Of a stretch of DNA of 40,000 bases, positions 13,402-22,885 are shown piece after piece. The position numbers and the translations under genes are program-made. Position 1 is the first letter of the stretch, and each line of letters opens with the position of its first letter. The notes below the pieces were generated by a model. That model saw only the letters and a program-made list of their open reading frames with translations, searched no databases and was not told where the DNA came from. The DNA lies in contig CBDEAT010000003.1 of NCBI GenBank assembly GCA_965236175.1, forward strand, positions 7,759 to 47,758, read 5' to 3'. Source of the stretch: Candidatus Pelagibacterales bacterium. Lineage in GTDB: Bacteria; Pseudomonadota; Alphaproteobacteria; Pelagibacterales; Pelagibacteraceae.

Positions 13402-14031
13402 TTAAGTTGTACTACGTTTAATATTACTAATTTTAAGAATATAAGATTCATCAGATGTAATGCTTCTAAATTTTTCTAGATCAAAAGTATATTTTTTTTT
13501 AGCATCCTCTAATTCATGTTGATAAGTTTTACCCTTCATTAGTATAATACTTTTAATTTTATCATTATTTTTGAAAAGAATATCTATTGTGTCGATTACC
13601 TTCTTGAATGCTCTTGAAACTATTGTTGAGATTTTGCTAAATTTATAATCTTCTAGCCTTACATTCTGTATTTTTAATGTTAGGCCTAATTTATTTGATA
13701 AATCATTTAAGAATTTGCATTTTTTTGGACTTTTATCTATCAATACAATATTTCCTTCTACTTTTTTACTATCCATCAAAATCTTTATTATAACTCCTGG
13801 AAATCCAGCTCCTGAACCTATATCGACAATTTCAGATTTATCATCAATTAAATCGTATATTTGGGCAGAATCTGTAAAATGTCTTGAAAAAATATGATTT
13901 TCTGTTGTTTTTCCTATTAAATTCAATAATTTGTTATTTTCTAATAAAAAATGATTATATATGTTTAATTTTTCAATTGTTTCACGTGAAACATTGAATT
14001 TTTTAATAAAAAATTCAATATCCTTGTCCAT
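13402..14031 (-). CDS. rsmG: 16S rRNA (guanine527-N7)-methyltransferase
   Basis: NVSRETIEKL, LLNLIGKTT, DIGSGAGFPGVIIKI, VSRAFK. Confidence 0.95.
   Translation of the reverse strand: MDKDIEFFIKKFNVSRETIEKLNIYNHFLLENNKLLNLIGKTTENHIFSRHFTDSAQIYDLIDDKSEIVDIGSGAGFPGVIIKILMDSKKVEGNIVLIDKSPKKCKFLNDLSNKLGLTLKIQNVRLEDYKFSKISTIVSRAFKKVIDTIDILFKNNDKIKSIILMKGKTYQHELEDAKKKYTFDLEKFRSITSDESYILKISNIKRSTT
13978..13993. promoter_or_regulatory. parS centromere site (perfect 16-bp palindrome)
   Basis: TGTTTCACGTGAAACA, inside the 5' coding part of rsmG and encoding NVSRET; next to parAB. Confidence 0.92.
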
Positions 14032-14036
14032 ATATT

Positions 14037-15905
14037 CTATGATGCTTTTCTAAGAGTATTTTTACAATAAATCATCAATATATTGATTGCAGCCGGTGTC
14101 ACGCCATCTATTCTTAAAGCCTGACCAAAAGTTAATGGTCTTATATCCTTAAGTTTTCTTTTAATCTCATTTGAAAGACCAGAAACGTTATCATAATCAA
14201 TATTTTTAGGTATTACGAGATTTTCATCCTTTTCAAATATGCTTATGTCTCTTTTTTGTTGTTCGATATAACCACTATAATGGGACTCTGTTTTTATTAA
14301 GTCTTCTATTTCATCTTCATACTTTGGTATATCTGAAAAAATGGCTCTTATTTTTTCTAAGGTCACATCTTTAAATTTTAAAATCTGTAAAAGAGATTTT
14401 TTTCTGCCATCTTGAGAGATTTTAATTCCATTTTTTTTTAAAACGGTAGGTGATACTATTTTATTTGACAAAATAATCTTAAAGTCATTTAAGTCATTGA
14501 TTTTATTGATAAATTTAGACTTCCTAATTTCAGAAATAAAATTATTTTTAATTGCCAAAGGAGTTAATCTTAAATCTGCATTATCAGCTCTCAGTGTTAA
14601 TCTATATTCAGCTCGGGATGTAAACATCCTGTAAGGTTCGCTTACACCTTTGGTAATTAAATCATCAATCATCACTCCAATATAAGACTGGGATCTTTCA
14701 AATTTTATTGGTTCTAAATTTTTAACGGACTGAGCGGCATTAAGACCTGCTACAATTCCTTGTGCAGCAGCCTCTTCATATCCTGTTGTTCCGTTAATTT
14801 GACCGGCAAGGTATAAATTTTCTATTTTTTTTGTTTTAAGGGTAAAATCTAATTCTGTTGGGAACACATAATCATACTCAATTGCATACCCAGGTCTTAT
14901 CATGCGAACATTCTCTAAACCATTGATTTTGAATAGTATTTCTTGCTGAATCTCCTTTGGCAGAGAAGTAGATATACCATTTGGGTACACTATATTTGTT
15001 GTAAGACTTTCTGGTTCTAAAAAAATTTGATGACGTTGCTTATCTTTAAATTTTACAATCTTATCTTCTATAGATGGGCAGTATCTAGGACCAACGCTTT
15101 TAATAGATCCTGAATACATTGCGCTACGTTTTAAATTTTTTTCAATAATCTTATGAACCTTGTCATTAGTATAAGTCATCCCACATGAAATCTGTTTGGC
15201 ATTAATTTTTTTTGTTAAATATGAAAAGAAGAAAGGTTTTTCATCAGCATCTTGCATTTCAAGTTCTTCGTAATTAATAGTTGTTCCATCAAGTCTTGGT
15301 GGCGTACCAGTTTTCAATCTACCAATTTTAAAATTTAATTTTTTTAACTGCTCACTTAATCCTAAGGTTGGTTTTTCATCTATTCTCCCTGCAGAAATCT
15401 TTTCATCTCCAATATGAATTAGACCATTTAAAAAAGTGCCAGTTGTTAAAATAAATTTTTTTGCAGAAAGTGAATTTCCAGACTGGGTTTGGATTGAAAT
15501 TATTTTATTTTTACTAAATTCAAACTTTGTTACTGGATCGTAAAAAAGACTTAAATTACAATAGCTTAACAGCATTTCTTGCATATATTTTTTATAAAGC
15601 TCTCTATCAGATTGAGTTCTGGGTCCTCTAACAGCATGACCTCTGCTACTATTTAATAATCTAAATTGTATTCCTGATTTATCGGCAACAATTCCCATCA
15701 CGCCATCCAATGCATCAATTTCTCTGACTAAATGACCTTTGCCTAATCCGCCTATTGCAGGATTACATGACATTTCACCAATTGTAGAAAGTGAATTTGT
15801 AATAAGAGCAGTATTAACCCCCGATCTTGCAGAAGCAGCAGCAGCTTCGCAACCAGCGTGCCCAGCTCCAATCACAATTACATCAAAATTTTTCTCTAAA
15901 TTCAT
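14037..15905 (-). CDS. mnmG: tRNA uridine 5-carboxymethylaminomethyl modification enzyme MnmG (GidA)
   Basis: [78 protein letters not shown]. Confidence 0.98.
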   Translation of the reverse strand: MNLEKNFDVIVIGAGHAGCEAAAASARSGVNTALITNSLSTIGEMSCNPAIGGLGKGHLVREIDALDGVMGIVADKSGIQFRLLNSSRGHAVRGPRTQSDRELYKKYMQEMLLSYCNLSLFYDPVTKFEFSKNKIISIQTQSGNSLSAKKFILTTGTFLNGLIHIGDEKISAGRIDEKPTLGLSEQLKKLNFKIGRLKTGTPPRLDGTTINYEELEMQDADEKPFFFSYLTKKINAKQISCGMTYTNDKVHKIIEKNLKRSAMYSGSIKSVGPRYCPSIEDKIVKFKDKQRHQIFLEPESLTTNIVYPNGISTSLPKEIQQEILFKINGLENVRMIRPGYAIEYDYVFPTELDFTLKTKKIENLYLAGQINGTTGYEEAAAQGIVAGLNAAQSVKNLEPIKFERSQSYIGVMIDDLITKGVSEPYRMFTSRAEYRLTLRADNADLRLTPLAIKNNFISEIRKSKFINKINDLNDFKIILSNKIVSPTVLKKNGIKISQDGRKKSLLQILKFKDVTLEKIRAIFSDIPKYEDEIEDLIKTESHYSGYIEQQKRDISIFEKDENLVIPKNIDYDNVSGLSNEIKRKLKDIRPLTFGQALRIDGVTPAAINILMIYCKNTLRKAS

Positions 15906-15952
15906 AGGGGGTTTATATATCCCATTAACTCAAAAGATAAGGTATTTTTATT

Positions 15953-17278
15953 CTATTTCCCGATACAGAAATCTTTAAAGATTCTATCTAACAATTCTTC
16001 AACATTAACATATCCGACTATTTCTCCAAGATTTCTGACTGCCAATCTTAAATCTTCTGCTGCAAGGTCAATCTGCTCTATAGATTTTTTATTAAGGCAT
16101 CTTTGGATAAAAAACACTGTATTTTCAAGGTTTTTTTTATGTCTTTGTCTTGAAATTATATTGTCTAGATTAACTTTAAAATGTTCATCAATTTTTTCTG
16201 ATATTGTTTTAACAAGATTACTAATTCCTATATTTTTTTTTACTGAAATTCTAATTGGTTTATATATTTTTTCTTCTAAAATTTTATTTGAACTTTTAAT
16301 ATCAATTTTATTTAGAACTAAAATTGATTTTATATCAAATAATTTCAAAACTTTTTTATCTAATTTTTTTGTGTGATCAAAAATTATTAATTTTAAATCA
16401 GAATCTTTTAAATTTTTATTGGTTAAAAGAATGCCTTTTTTCTCGATAATGTTTTTTGAATTTCTTAAGCCAGCTGTATCAAAGAATCTAACTAACTTTC
16501 CATTTAACATAATACTTGTTTCTATAAGATCACGCGTTGTACCGGGTATATTAGAAACAATAGACACTTGCCTATTAGCTAAACAATTAATTAAGGATGA
16601 TTTCCCAGAATTAGTTGGTCCTATAATTGAAACCCTAAATCCCTCTCTAATTTTCTCAGAATTCTCACCATTGAGTATTATTTGTCTAATTTTATCATTT
16701 ATTTTCAATAACTTATCTCTATTATTTGAAAATACATTATCTCCAACTTCGTCATCGGAGAAATCAATGACAGCCTCATAATCTGAGAGTATTTTGATCA
16801 TTTCATTTCTTAAACCAGTGTAAATTTTTGTTGTATCTTCGTTCATTACTTTTAAAGCCTGAATTCTTTGAAGTTCTGTTTCTGAATTTATTAAATCAAT
16901 TAAACTTTCAGCCTGTAATAAATTAATTTTTTTATTAAGAAGGGCAGTTTTAGTAAATTCGCCTGGTTTAGCTAATCTACAGTTCTTAAAATTAGATAAA
17001 GTTTTTAAAAAATATTTAATAACAGCATTGCTTCCATGAACATGAAATTCAACCACATCATCTCCAGTGTAGCTATTAGGTTTTGGAAAAAATATAAAAA
17101 TCCCTTTATCAATGATCTTATTTTTCTGATCATAAAATGAAGAAAAATTAGCTACTCTCGGCTTAATTTTTTTAAATTTAGTTATGGTTTTAGCTATCTT
17201 AAAGGCCTCTTTTCCAGAGACTCTTATAACTGCCAAACCAGATGTTCCGGGGGCTGTAGCTAACGCGAATATTGACAT
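15953..17278 (-). CDS. mnmE: tRNA modification GTPase MnmE (TrmE)
   Basis: MSIFALATAPGTSGLAVIRVSG, GEFTKTALLNKKINLLQAESL, GPTNSGKSSLINCL (G1), DTAGLR (G3), C-term FCIGK*. Confidence 0.98.
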   Translation of the reverse strand: MSIFALATAPGTSGLAVIRVSGKEAFKIAKTITKFKKIKPRVANFSSFYDQKNKIIDKGIFIFFPKPNSYTGDDVVEFHVHGSNAVIKYFLKTLSNFKNCRLAKPGEFTKTALLNKKINLLQAESLIDLINSETELQRIQALKVMNEDTTKIYTGLRNEMIKILSDYEAVIDFSDDEVGDNVFSNNRDKLLKINDKIRQIILNGENSEKIREGFRVSIIGPTNSGKSSLINCLANRQVSIVSNIPGTTRDLIETSIMLNGKLVRFFDTAGLRNSKNIIEKKGILLTNKNLKDSDLKLIIFDHTKKLDKKVLKLFDIKSILVLNKIDIKSSNKILEEKIYKPIRISVKKNIGISNLVKTISEKIDEHFKVNLDNIISRQRHKKNLENTVFFIQRCLNKKSIEQIDLAAEDLRLAVRNLGEIVGYVNVEELLDRIFKDFCIGK

Positions 17279-17309
17279 AAAAAAACGATATGATTTAGTT
17301 TTAATATAA

Positions 17310-17765
17310 ATGTCAACTTTCCAATTATCTTTTAAAACAAAACTAGGCTTTATGTCAGTTATAGAAAATGAAGGTTATATTACTGATATTACTTTTAGAA
17401 AAATAACAACACAAAGAAGTACCACCCAATTACTGAAAGTTAAAAATCAAATAAAACTATTTTTAAATAAAAAAATAAAAAAACTTACCTTCAAAACAAA
17501 AACTGTTGGATCAAAAACACAATTAAAAGTTTGGAATGAAATTAAAAAAATACCTTATGCGAAAACTGTATCTTATAATTTTATTTCTAAAAAAACCAAA
17601 ATACATCCACGACATGTTGGGAGAATTTGTGGTCAAAACAGATTATTACTTTTTATTCCGTGTCATAGAGTGATTAGGTCCGATGGTTTATTAGGTGGTT
17701 TTTCAGCAAAGCACGGCGTTAAGTTGAAAAGTAAAATTCTTAAAATTGAAGAATTAAATAAATAA
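17310..17765 (+). CDS. Methylated-DNA--protein-cysteine methyltransferase family (Ogt/MGMT-like)
   Basis: TQLKVWNEIKKIPYAKTVSY...HPRHVGRICGQNRLLLFIPCHRVIRSDGLLGGF, with active-site PCHRV. Confidence 0.88.
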   Translation: MSTFQLSFKTKLGFMSVIENEGYITDITFRKITTQRSTTQLLKVKNQIKLFLNKKIKKLTFKTKTVGSKTQLKVWNEIKKIPYAKTVSYNFISKKTKIHPRHVGRICGQNRLLLFIPCHRVIRSDGLLGGFSAKHGVKLKSKILKIEELNK

Positions 17766-18929
17766 ACCCTTATTAGCTATGCTAACAAAATTATTTTTAA
17801 TAAAAAAATTCTTATCAAGATTAGAAAGTGTATTCTTTCTTATGAAAGCATAGCTATCGATCTTAACATCAAATATTTTTCTAATGCCGTCGATCAATGC
17901 TGCAAAAGTAAAATTATTTAAATTTGTCTCATCTAAATATTTTTTAATAAAAATATCATTGCCGATTTCTAGACCTAAATTTTCGCAATATTTAGTAACT
18001 TTAATTAGAGAAAATATATTTCTTAAAGTCATATTCCAACCCTGGCCAGCTATGGGATGAATTTTATTAGCTATCTCACCAAATAGTAAAGTTCTTTTGG
18101 AATCTTTTAACTCATTAAAAATATAATTTAGATTAAACTTATTAATCTCAGAGATAGAAATTATTTCTTTAAATAATTCTTTAAAATGATTATTAAAAAA
18201 TTTTGATAAATAATTATTATTTGATACATATTTTTCATTAACTGAATTATTTTTAATAGACCAAATTACAGAAGTCTCAGTGCTTGAAACTGGAAGAAAA
18301 GCCAAAGGTCCATCTTTTAAAAAAAATTGTCTTGCAGAGTTATTTATAATTTTTTTATGAAATAGATTAAAAACATAAGCATTCTCATTATAAGACCTAT
18401 CTACAACTTTTCTTAATTTGAATTTTGATAATAAAGAAAGATTATTAGCAGAAGCAAAAATAATAAGATTATAATTTTCTTTAATTAGATCTTTAAAAGT
18501 AATTTCTTTAAAAAATTTATTGTCATTAATCGATGATATTTCTTTCTTAATGAAATTAATATTTTTTAAACTTTTTAATTTTTTTTTAATATTTAAAAAT
18601 AAAGTATTACCATCAATAATGTAAGCTAAAGCTTCTTTATTGTTAGATGCAGCGAATTGAAGATCTTGTTTTAAGCTTATGGATGAATAAGAATCGTGTA
18701 AATAAATATTCTTAACAATATTAGATTTTTTTTTAATATCTTTTAGTCCGTAAAGACATAATTGATCTAAGGAATTCTTGCTTAATGCTATTTTTGTTGG
18801 GTTAATTTTTTTTTTATTAAAATCCTGTTCAACTATGTCTATTTGTAATCTAAATTTTGATAACAAATAAGCAATCGTTAAGCCTGTAAGACCTGAACCA
18901 ATAATACAAATTTTTTGAGAGTTAAGCAT
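17754..18929 (-). CDS. FAD-dependent monooxygenase, UbiH/COQ6-type
   Basis: KICIIGSGLTGLTIAYLLSKF (dinucleotide-binding), GPLAFLPVSSTETSVIWS, HPIAGQGWNMTLRNI. Confidence 0.85.
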   Translation of the reverse strand: MLNSQKICIIGSGLTGLTIAYLLSKFRLQIDIVEQDFNKKKINPTKIALSKNSLDQLCLYGLKDIKKKSNIVKNIYLHDSYSSISLKQDLQFAASNNKEALAYIIDGNTLFLNIKKKLKSLKNINFIKKEISSINDNKFFKEITFKDLIKENYNLIIFASANNLSLLSKFKLRKVVDRSYNENAYVFNLFHKKIINNSARQFFLKDGPLAFLPVSSTETSVIWSIKNNSVNEKYVSNNNYLSKFFNNHFKELFKEIISISEINKFNLNYIFNELKDSKRTLLFGEIANKIHPIAGQGWNMTLRNIFSLIKVTKYCENLGLEIGNDIFIKKYLDETNLNNFTFAALIDGIRKIFDVKIDSYAFIRKNTLSNLDKNFFIKNNFVSIANKGLFI

Positions 18930-19007
18930 GATTGTCTTTTCCTTTCGAATTCTATCAACTGAATATTAATGATACAAAGGTTTTAATTGTGATTCGCCAA
19001 GCAAAAT

Positions 19008-21128
19008 ATGGAAAAAATAATAACGTTTATTAAAGTAAAATTAATTGAACTTGCTGGCACAATAACTATTTTTTCTGGTCTTGCGTATTTTGTGTCTTTA
19101 ACAACCTATTCTGCCAATAATATAAGCTACGTTTTCCCCTCAGAAAAAAATATTCATAATAAATTTTTCTCTTTTTTTTATTATCTTTCTGATTTTTTTC
19201 TTCAAGCTTTTGGCGTTTTGGCATTTTTAATATTTCTTAATTTAATTATTTGGGGCGGGTATTTAATTATTAAAAAAAAAATTGAAAATTTTTCTATAAA
19301 ATTATTATTCTTAATTTTATCTATTATTTTCGGAGCTTTATTTTTCTCAATCAATATTGATCAAAGTTTTTGGCTTCCTGATAATGGCTTTGGGGGTTTT
19401 GTTGCTAATTTTATTTCTGAAAAATTAAATATAAAAAATAATTCGTTTGGTGCTTATCTTTCAGTTATTTTTGTATGCATATCTCTCATATGTTTTTATT
19501 TGAGTGCAGGATTAAATATTCAAGAATGGAAAACTGTTTTTGTAACTATAAATAATTTATTAAGTTTTTTCCCAAAATTAATATTTAAAATATATATTAA
19601 AAGGAAAAATACTGAAGAAATTGCCATTAACGCACCTATACAGGAAAATATTACTCAAAAAATTCAAGAAGAAGTCCCAGTACAAGAGGTTTCGCCTCAA
19701 CAACAACTTCCTCTGGAAAGCACAAAGGTTGAAAAATCTACAAGCTTTAAAATTCCTCCAATAAAATTACTTGATGATCCAGTAAAAATTGAAAATCAAT
19801 TAGATGAGGAAAGTTATAAAACGCAATCAAAATTTCTCGAAAATGTTCTTTTAGATTTTAGTATTTCAGGTGAAATAAAAAGAGTAAGCGCTGGACCTGT
19901 TGTAACTTTATATGAATTTGAACCAACTGCAGGAATTAAAACATCAAAAATTATAAATCTTTCTGAAGACATAGCCCGTAACACAAGTTCTATATCAACT
20001 AGAGTAGCAACCGTTCCGGGCAAAAGCACCATAGGAATAGAAATACCAAACAAGGTAAGAGAAAATGTTGCTTTAAAAGAAATAATTTCTAGCAAAGAAT
20101 TTAATAATAAAGACATTAAAATTCCAATAACTCTTGGAAAAAGTATTTCAGGATTTCCAATTGTTGGAGACTTGGTTTCTATGCCACATCTTTTAATTGC
20201 TGGAACAACTGGATCTGGAAAATCAGTCTGTATTAATACTTTAATCCTATCAATTCTTTACAGACACAAACCTGATGACTGCAAACTTATTATGATTGAT
20301 CCAAAAATGTTGGAGCTTTCTATCTATCAAGGAATCCCTCATCTACTAACGCCTGTTATTACTGAACCTAAAAAAGCAACAACAGCTCTAAAATGGGTCG
20401 TTAAAGAAATGGAAAAAAGATACCGAGAAATGACTGAAATTGGAGTGAGAAATATTTCAGGATTTAACGAGAAAGCATCTTCTGAGAGTAGAAAAAAAAT
20501 GCCTTACATTGTTGTGATAGTTGATGAAATGGCTGATTTAATGATGATTGCAGGCAAAGAAATTGAGAACTACATACAAAGACTTGCGCAGATGGCTAGG
20601 GCTGCTGGTATTCATATAGTTATGGCAACTCAAAGACCAAGTGTTGATGTCATCACAGGTACAATTAAAGCTAATTTTCCAACTCGAATATCATTCCAGG
20701 TAACGTCAAAAATAGACAGCAGAACTATATTGGGAGAGCAGGGTGCTGAATTATTGCTTGGGAATGGCGACATGCTTTTTATGTCTTCAGCAAGTAGAAT
20801 TATAAGAATCCACGGTCCTTATGTTTCTGAAAAAGAAATAGAAAGAGTTTCAACATTCTTAAGGCTTCAAGGTTCACCAACCTACATTGAAGAAGTAACT
20901 AGAATTGAAGAACAAGAAAATGATGAGGTAGTATTAAACTCTGAAGGTAAAGATGAATTATATAATAAAGCAGTTGAAATAATTAAAACTGAAGGCAAAG
21001 CATCGACTAGTTTTTTACAAAGAAAACTTGGAATTGGTTACAATAGAGCTGCTAGAATTATTGATCAAATGGAAGAAGAAAAAATAATTAGCCCAGCAAA
21101 TCACGTAGGTAAAAGAGAAATCTATTAA
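19008..21128 (+). CDS. ftsK: DNA translocase FtsK
   Basis: N-terminal TM segments; PHLLIAGTTGSGKSVCINTLI (Walker A), MIDPKMLELS, VIVDEMADLMM, ARAAGIHIVMATQRPSVDVITG, C-terminal gamma domain LQRKLGIGYNRAARIIDQMEEE. Confidence 0.98.
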   Translation: MEKIITFIKVKLIELAGTITIFSGLAYFVSLTTYSANNISYVFPSEKNIHNKFFSFFYYLSDFFLQAFGVLAFLIFLNLIIWGGYLIIKKKIENFSIKLLFLILSIIFGALFFSINIDQSFWLPDNGFGGFVANFISEKLNIKNNSFGAYLSVIFVCISLICFYLSAGLNIQEWKTVFVTINNLLSFFPKLIFKIYIKRKNTEEIAINAPIQENITQKIQEEVPVQEVSPQQQLPLESTKVEKSTSFKIPPIKLLDDPVKIENQLDEESYKTQSKFLENVLLDFSISGEIKRVSAGPVVTLYEFEPTAGIKTSKIINLSEDIARNTSSISTRVATVPGKSTIGIEIPNKVRENVALKEIISSKEFNNKDIKIPITLGKSISGFPIVGDLVSMPHLLIAGTTGSGKSVCINTLILSILYRHKPDDCKLIMIDPKMLELSIYQGIPHLLTPVITEPKKATTALKWVVKEMEKRYREMTEIGVRNISGFNEKASSESRKKMPYIVVIVDEMADLMMIAGKEIENYIQRLAQMARAAGIHIVMATQRPSVDVITGTIKANFPTRISFQVTSKIDSRTILGEQGAELLLGNGDMLFMSSASRIIRIHGPYVSEKEIERVSTFLRLQGSPTYIEEVTRIEEQENDEVVLNSEGKDELYNKAVEIIKTEGKASTSFLQRKLGIGYNRAARIIDQMEEEKIISPANHVGKREIY

Positions 21129-21133
21129 AATAA

Positions 21134-21685
21134 ATGAAGAGATTTTTATACATTGTCTTAACAATGTTAATTTTTTTTTGCGTTAATGTAGAAGGATCTG
21201 AAAAAGAAAGAATAATTGAAAATTTAAAAAAAATAAATTCTATTAAATTTAATTTCACTCAAATCACAAATGACATAACAGAAAATGGCAATTGTCTTAT
21301 TGTTTACCCAAAAAAAATGAGGTGCTTATACGAAGAAGAAGACAAAGAAATTATTGTAAATGATGATTACTTATTCCTTATTAATAAAAGAGAAAATAAA
21401 AATTATAACTATAATATCAAAGATACTCCTTTGGGAGTTATGTTGGACAAAGAAAATATTATAGAAAAATTATCAAAAGTAGAAAAATTTAACAAAATAG
21501 ATAAAAATATAATCGCAATCATAGATCTAAATTCTCAAGAAAGTATTGAGATATATTTTAACTCTAAAGAAATGAATATTGTAGGGTGGAAAATAAAAAA
21601 TTATGACAAATCTAATCTAGAATTCTTAATGAAAAATATTTCAATAAATATTAATACAAACGAAAAATTTGAAATCCCAAAATAA
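21134..21685 (+). CDS. lolA: Outer-membrane lipoprotein carrier protein LolA-like
   Basis: Signal peptide; IKFNFTQITNDITENGNCLIVYPKKMRCLYE; position after ftsK. Confidence 0.75.
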   Translation: MKRFLYIVLTMLIFFCVNVEGSEKERIIENLKKINSIKFNFTQITNDITENGNCLIVYPKKMRCLYEEEDKEIIVNDDYLFLINKRENKNYNYNIKDTPLGVMLDKENIIEKLSKVEKFNKIDKNIIAIIDLNSQESIEIYFNSKEMNIVGWKIKNYDKSNLEFLMKNISININTNEKFEIPK

Positions 21686-21689
21686 AAAG

Positions 21690-22208
21690 TTATAAATTTT
21701 CTGGATTAAAAAATATCTTTTCCGTCTTAAAAATTTTCATCCCTCGTGCAAGATAATTTTTTAAAGCATTAGGATGGTCAAGTGTACACGTATGAACCCA
21801 CGCTTTATTAATCTTTTGATTAAAAGAAGTTAATATTGCATCAGTTAATAAATACCCGCCAATTCCCTTTCCATAAAATTCTTTAAATATCCCAAAATAA
21901 GGGATCTCCATTGAAGAAGTTTTTGGATCATAAAGTAACTCATAATATCCTGCTAATTTATTATTATGTTTTAAAATATATAATTTAAAAAAATCACTAT
22001 TAATATAATCTAACCAATCTTGATCGCTCCATTTTAGTCTGTCTCTCCAGAAAAAATCTTTTCCAACTTCTTTATAAAAAAATTTACAAAAATCTATCGT
22101 TGGTTTTTTTTCTAGGATAACTTCTAAATTTTTTTCTTTGCAGTTTGATTTTATTAAATCACTTCTTGAAAGTAGATGTAGATAAAATCTATCTATGGAT
22201 CTTTCCAT
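21690..22208 (-). CDS. GNAT-family N-acetyltransferase
   Basis: LAGYYELLYD...IPYFGIFKEFYGKGIGGYLLTDAI...HPNALKNYLARGMKIFK. Confidence 0.8.
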   Translation of the reverse strand: MERSIDRFYLHLLSRSDLIKSNCKEKNLEVILEKKPTIDFCKFFYKEVGKDFFWRDRLKWSDQDWLDYINSDFFKLYILKHNNKLAGYYELLYDPKTSSMEIPYFGIFKEFYGKGIGGYLLTDAILTSFNQKINKAWVHTCTLDHPNALKNYLARGMKIFKTEKIFFNPENL

Positions 22209-22209
22209 G

Positions 22210-22566
22210 TTACTTATGGATCATTCTTCCTAATTTTTCTCCGCCGAAGATATGAAAATGCAGATGGGGAACTTCTTGACCACCATCGCTACCGTTATTG
22301 CCTAAATATCTGTAACCAGAAGCGGACACTCCTAGAATATTAGCAACTTTCCCCAAAGCTCGAATTAAACCTTCAATTTCATCACTTTTAGCATTAGCTG
22401 CAAAATCATTCATGTCTACATATGCGCCTTTTGGAATTACCAAAACATGAATTTTTGCCTGAGGATTAATATCTTTAAATGCAAGAGAAAACTTATCTTC
22501 ATAAATTTTATTACAGGGAATTTCTCCTCTTAAAATTTTGGCAAATATGTTATTTTGATCGTACAT
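22210..22566 (-). CDS. HIT-domain nucleotide hydrolase/transferase (HinT-like)
   Basis: NIFAKILRGEIPCNKIYED, HVLVIPKG, and the HIT motif HLHFHIFGG. Confidence 0.93.
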   Translation of the reverse strand: MYDQNNIFAKILRGEIPCNKIYEDKFSLAFKDINPQAKIHVLVIPKGAYVDMNDFAANAKSDEIEGLIRALGKVANILGVSASGYRYLGNNGSDGGQEVPHLHFHIFGGEKLGRMIHK

Positions 22567-22882
22567 TTTTTTTTCTATTCTTCTTCTCTTGAATTCCTGA
22601 AATTCTTTGTCTTCTCTTTAACTCTTTCATAATTGAAGCTATTGAAATTTTTTTAAACTCAAGAAGAACTAAAAAATGATATAATAAATCTGATGCTTCA
22701 TGAACTATATTTTTTTTATTAGAATATTTAGATGAGGCTGCAAGTTCTCTTGCCTCTTCCATAAATTTTTTTATACAAAAGTTTTTTCCTTTACTAAAAA
22801 GGTTTGCGGTATAAGAAATTTTAGGATTTTTATATTTGTTTTTTTTAATCTTTTTTATTAAAAATAATAAATCTTTGAACAT
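22550..22882 (-). CDS. hisE: Phosphoribosyl-ATP pyrophosphatase
   Basis: NPKISYTANLFSKGKNFCIKKFMEEARELA...VHEASDLLYHFLVLLEFK, PRA-PH signature in the his cluster. Confidence 0.85.
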   Translation of the reverse strand: MFKDLLFLIKKIKKNKYKNPKISYTANLFSKGKNFCIKKFMEEARELAASSKYSNKKNIVHEASDLLYHFLVLLEFKKISIASIMKELKRRQRISGIQEKKNRKKNVRSK

Positions 22883-22885
22883 AAA

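Noticed and set aside
15739-15978. Short ORFs antisense to larger genes (e.g. 291-509 -, 11874-12116 +, 13715-13897 +, 15739-15978 +, 16161-16781 +, 19814-20116 -, 23682-23879 +, 25487-25771 +, 28124-28423 +, 30371-30598 +, 37652-37903 -, 37952-38155 -, 39392-39604 +)
   Set aside because: Each lies fully or mostly opposite a well-supported gene and its translation shows no recognisable domain; they look like chance open frames.
17310-17765. Horizontally acquired DNA repair gene (ogt-like) as part of an island
   Set aside because: Composition and codon usage appear like the neighbours and there is no mobile signature nearby.
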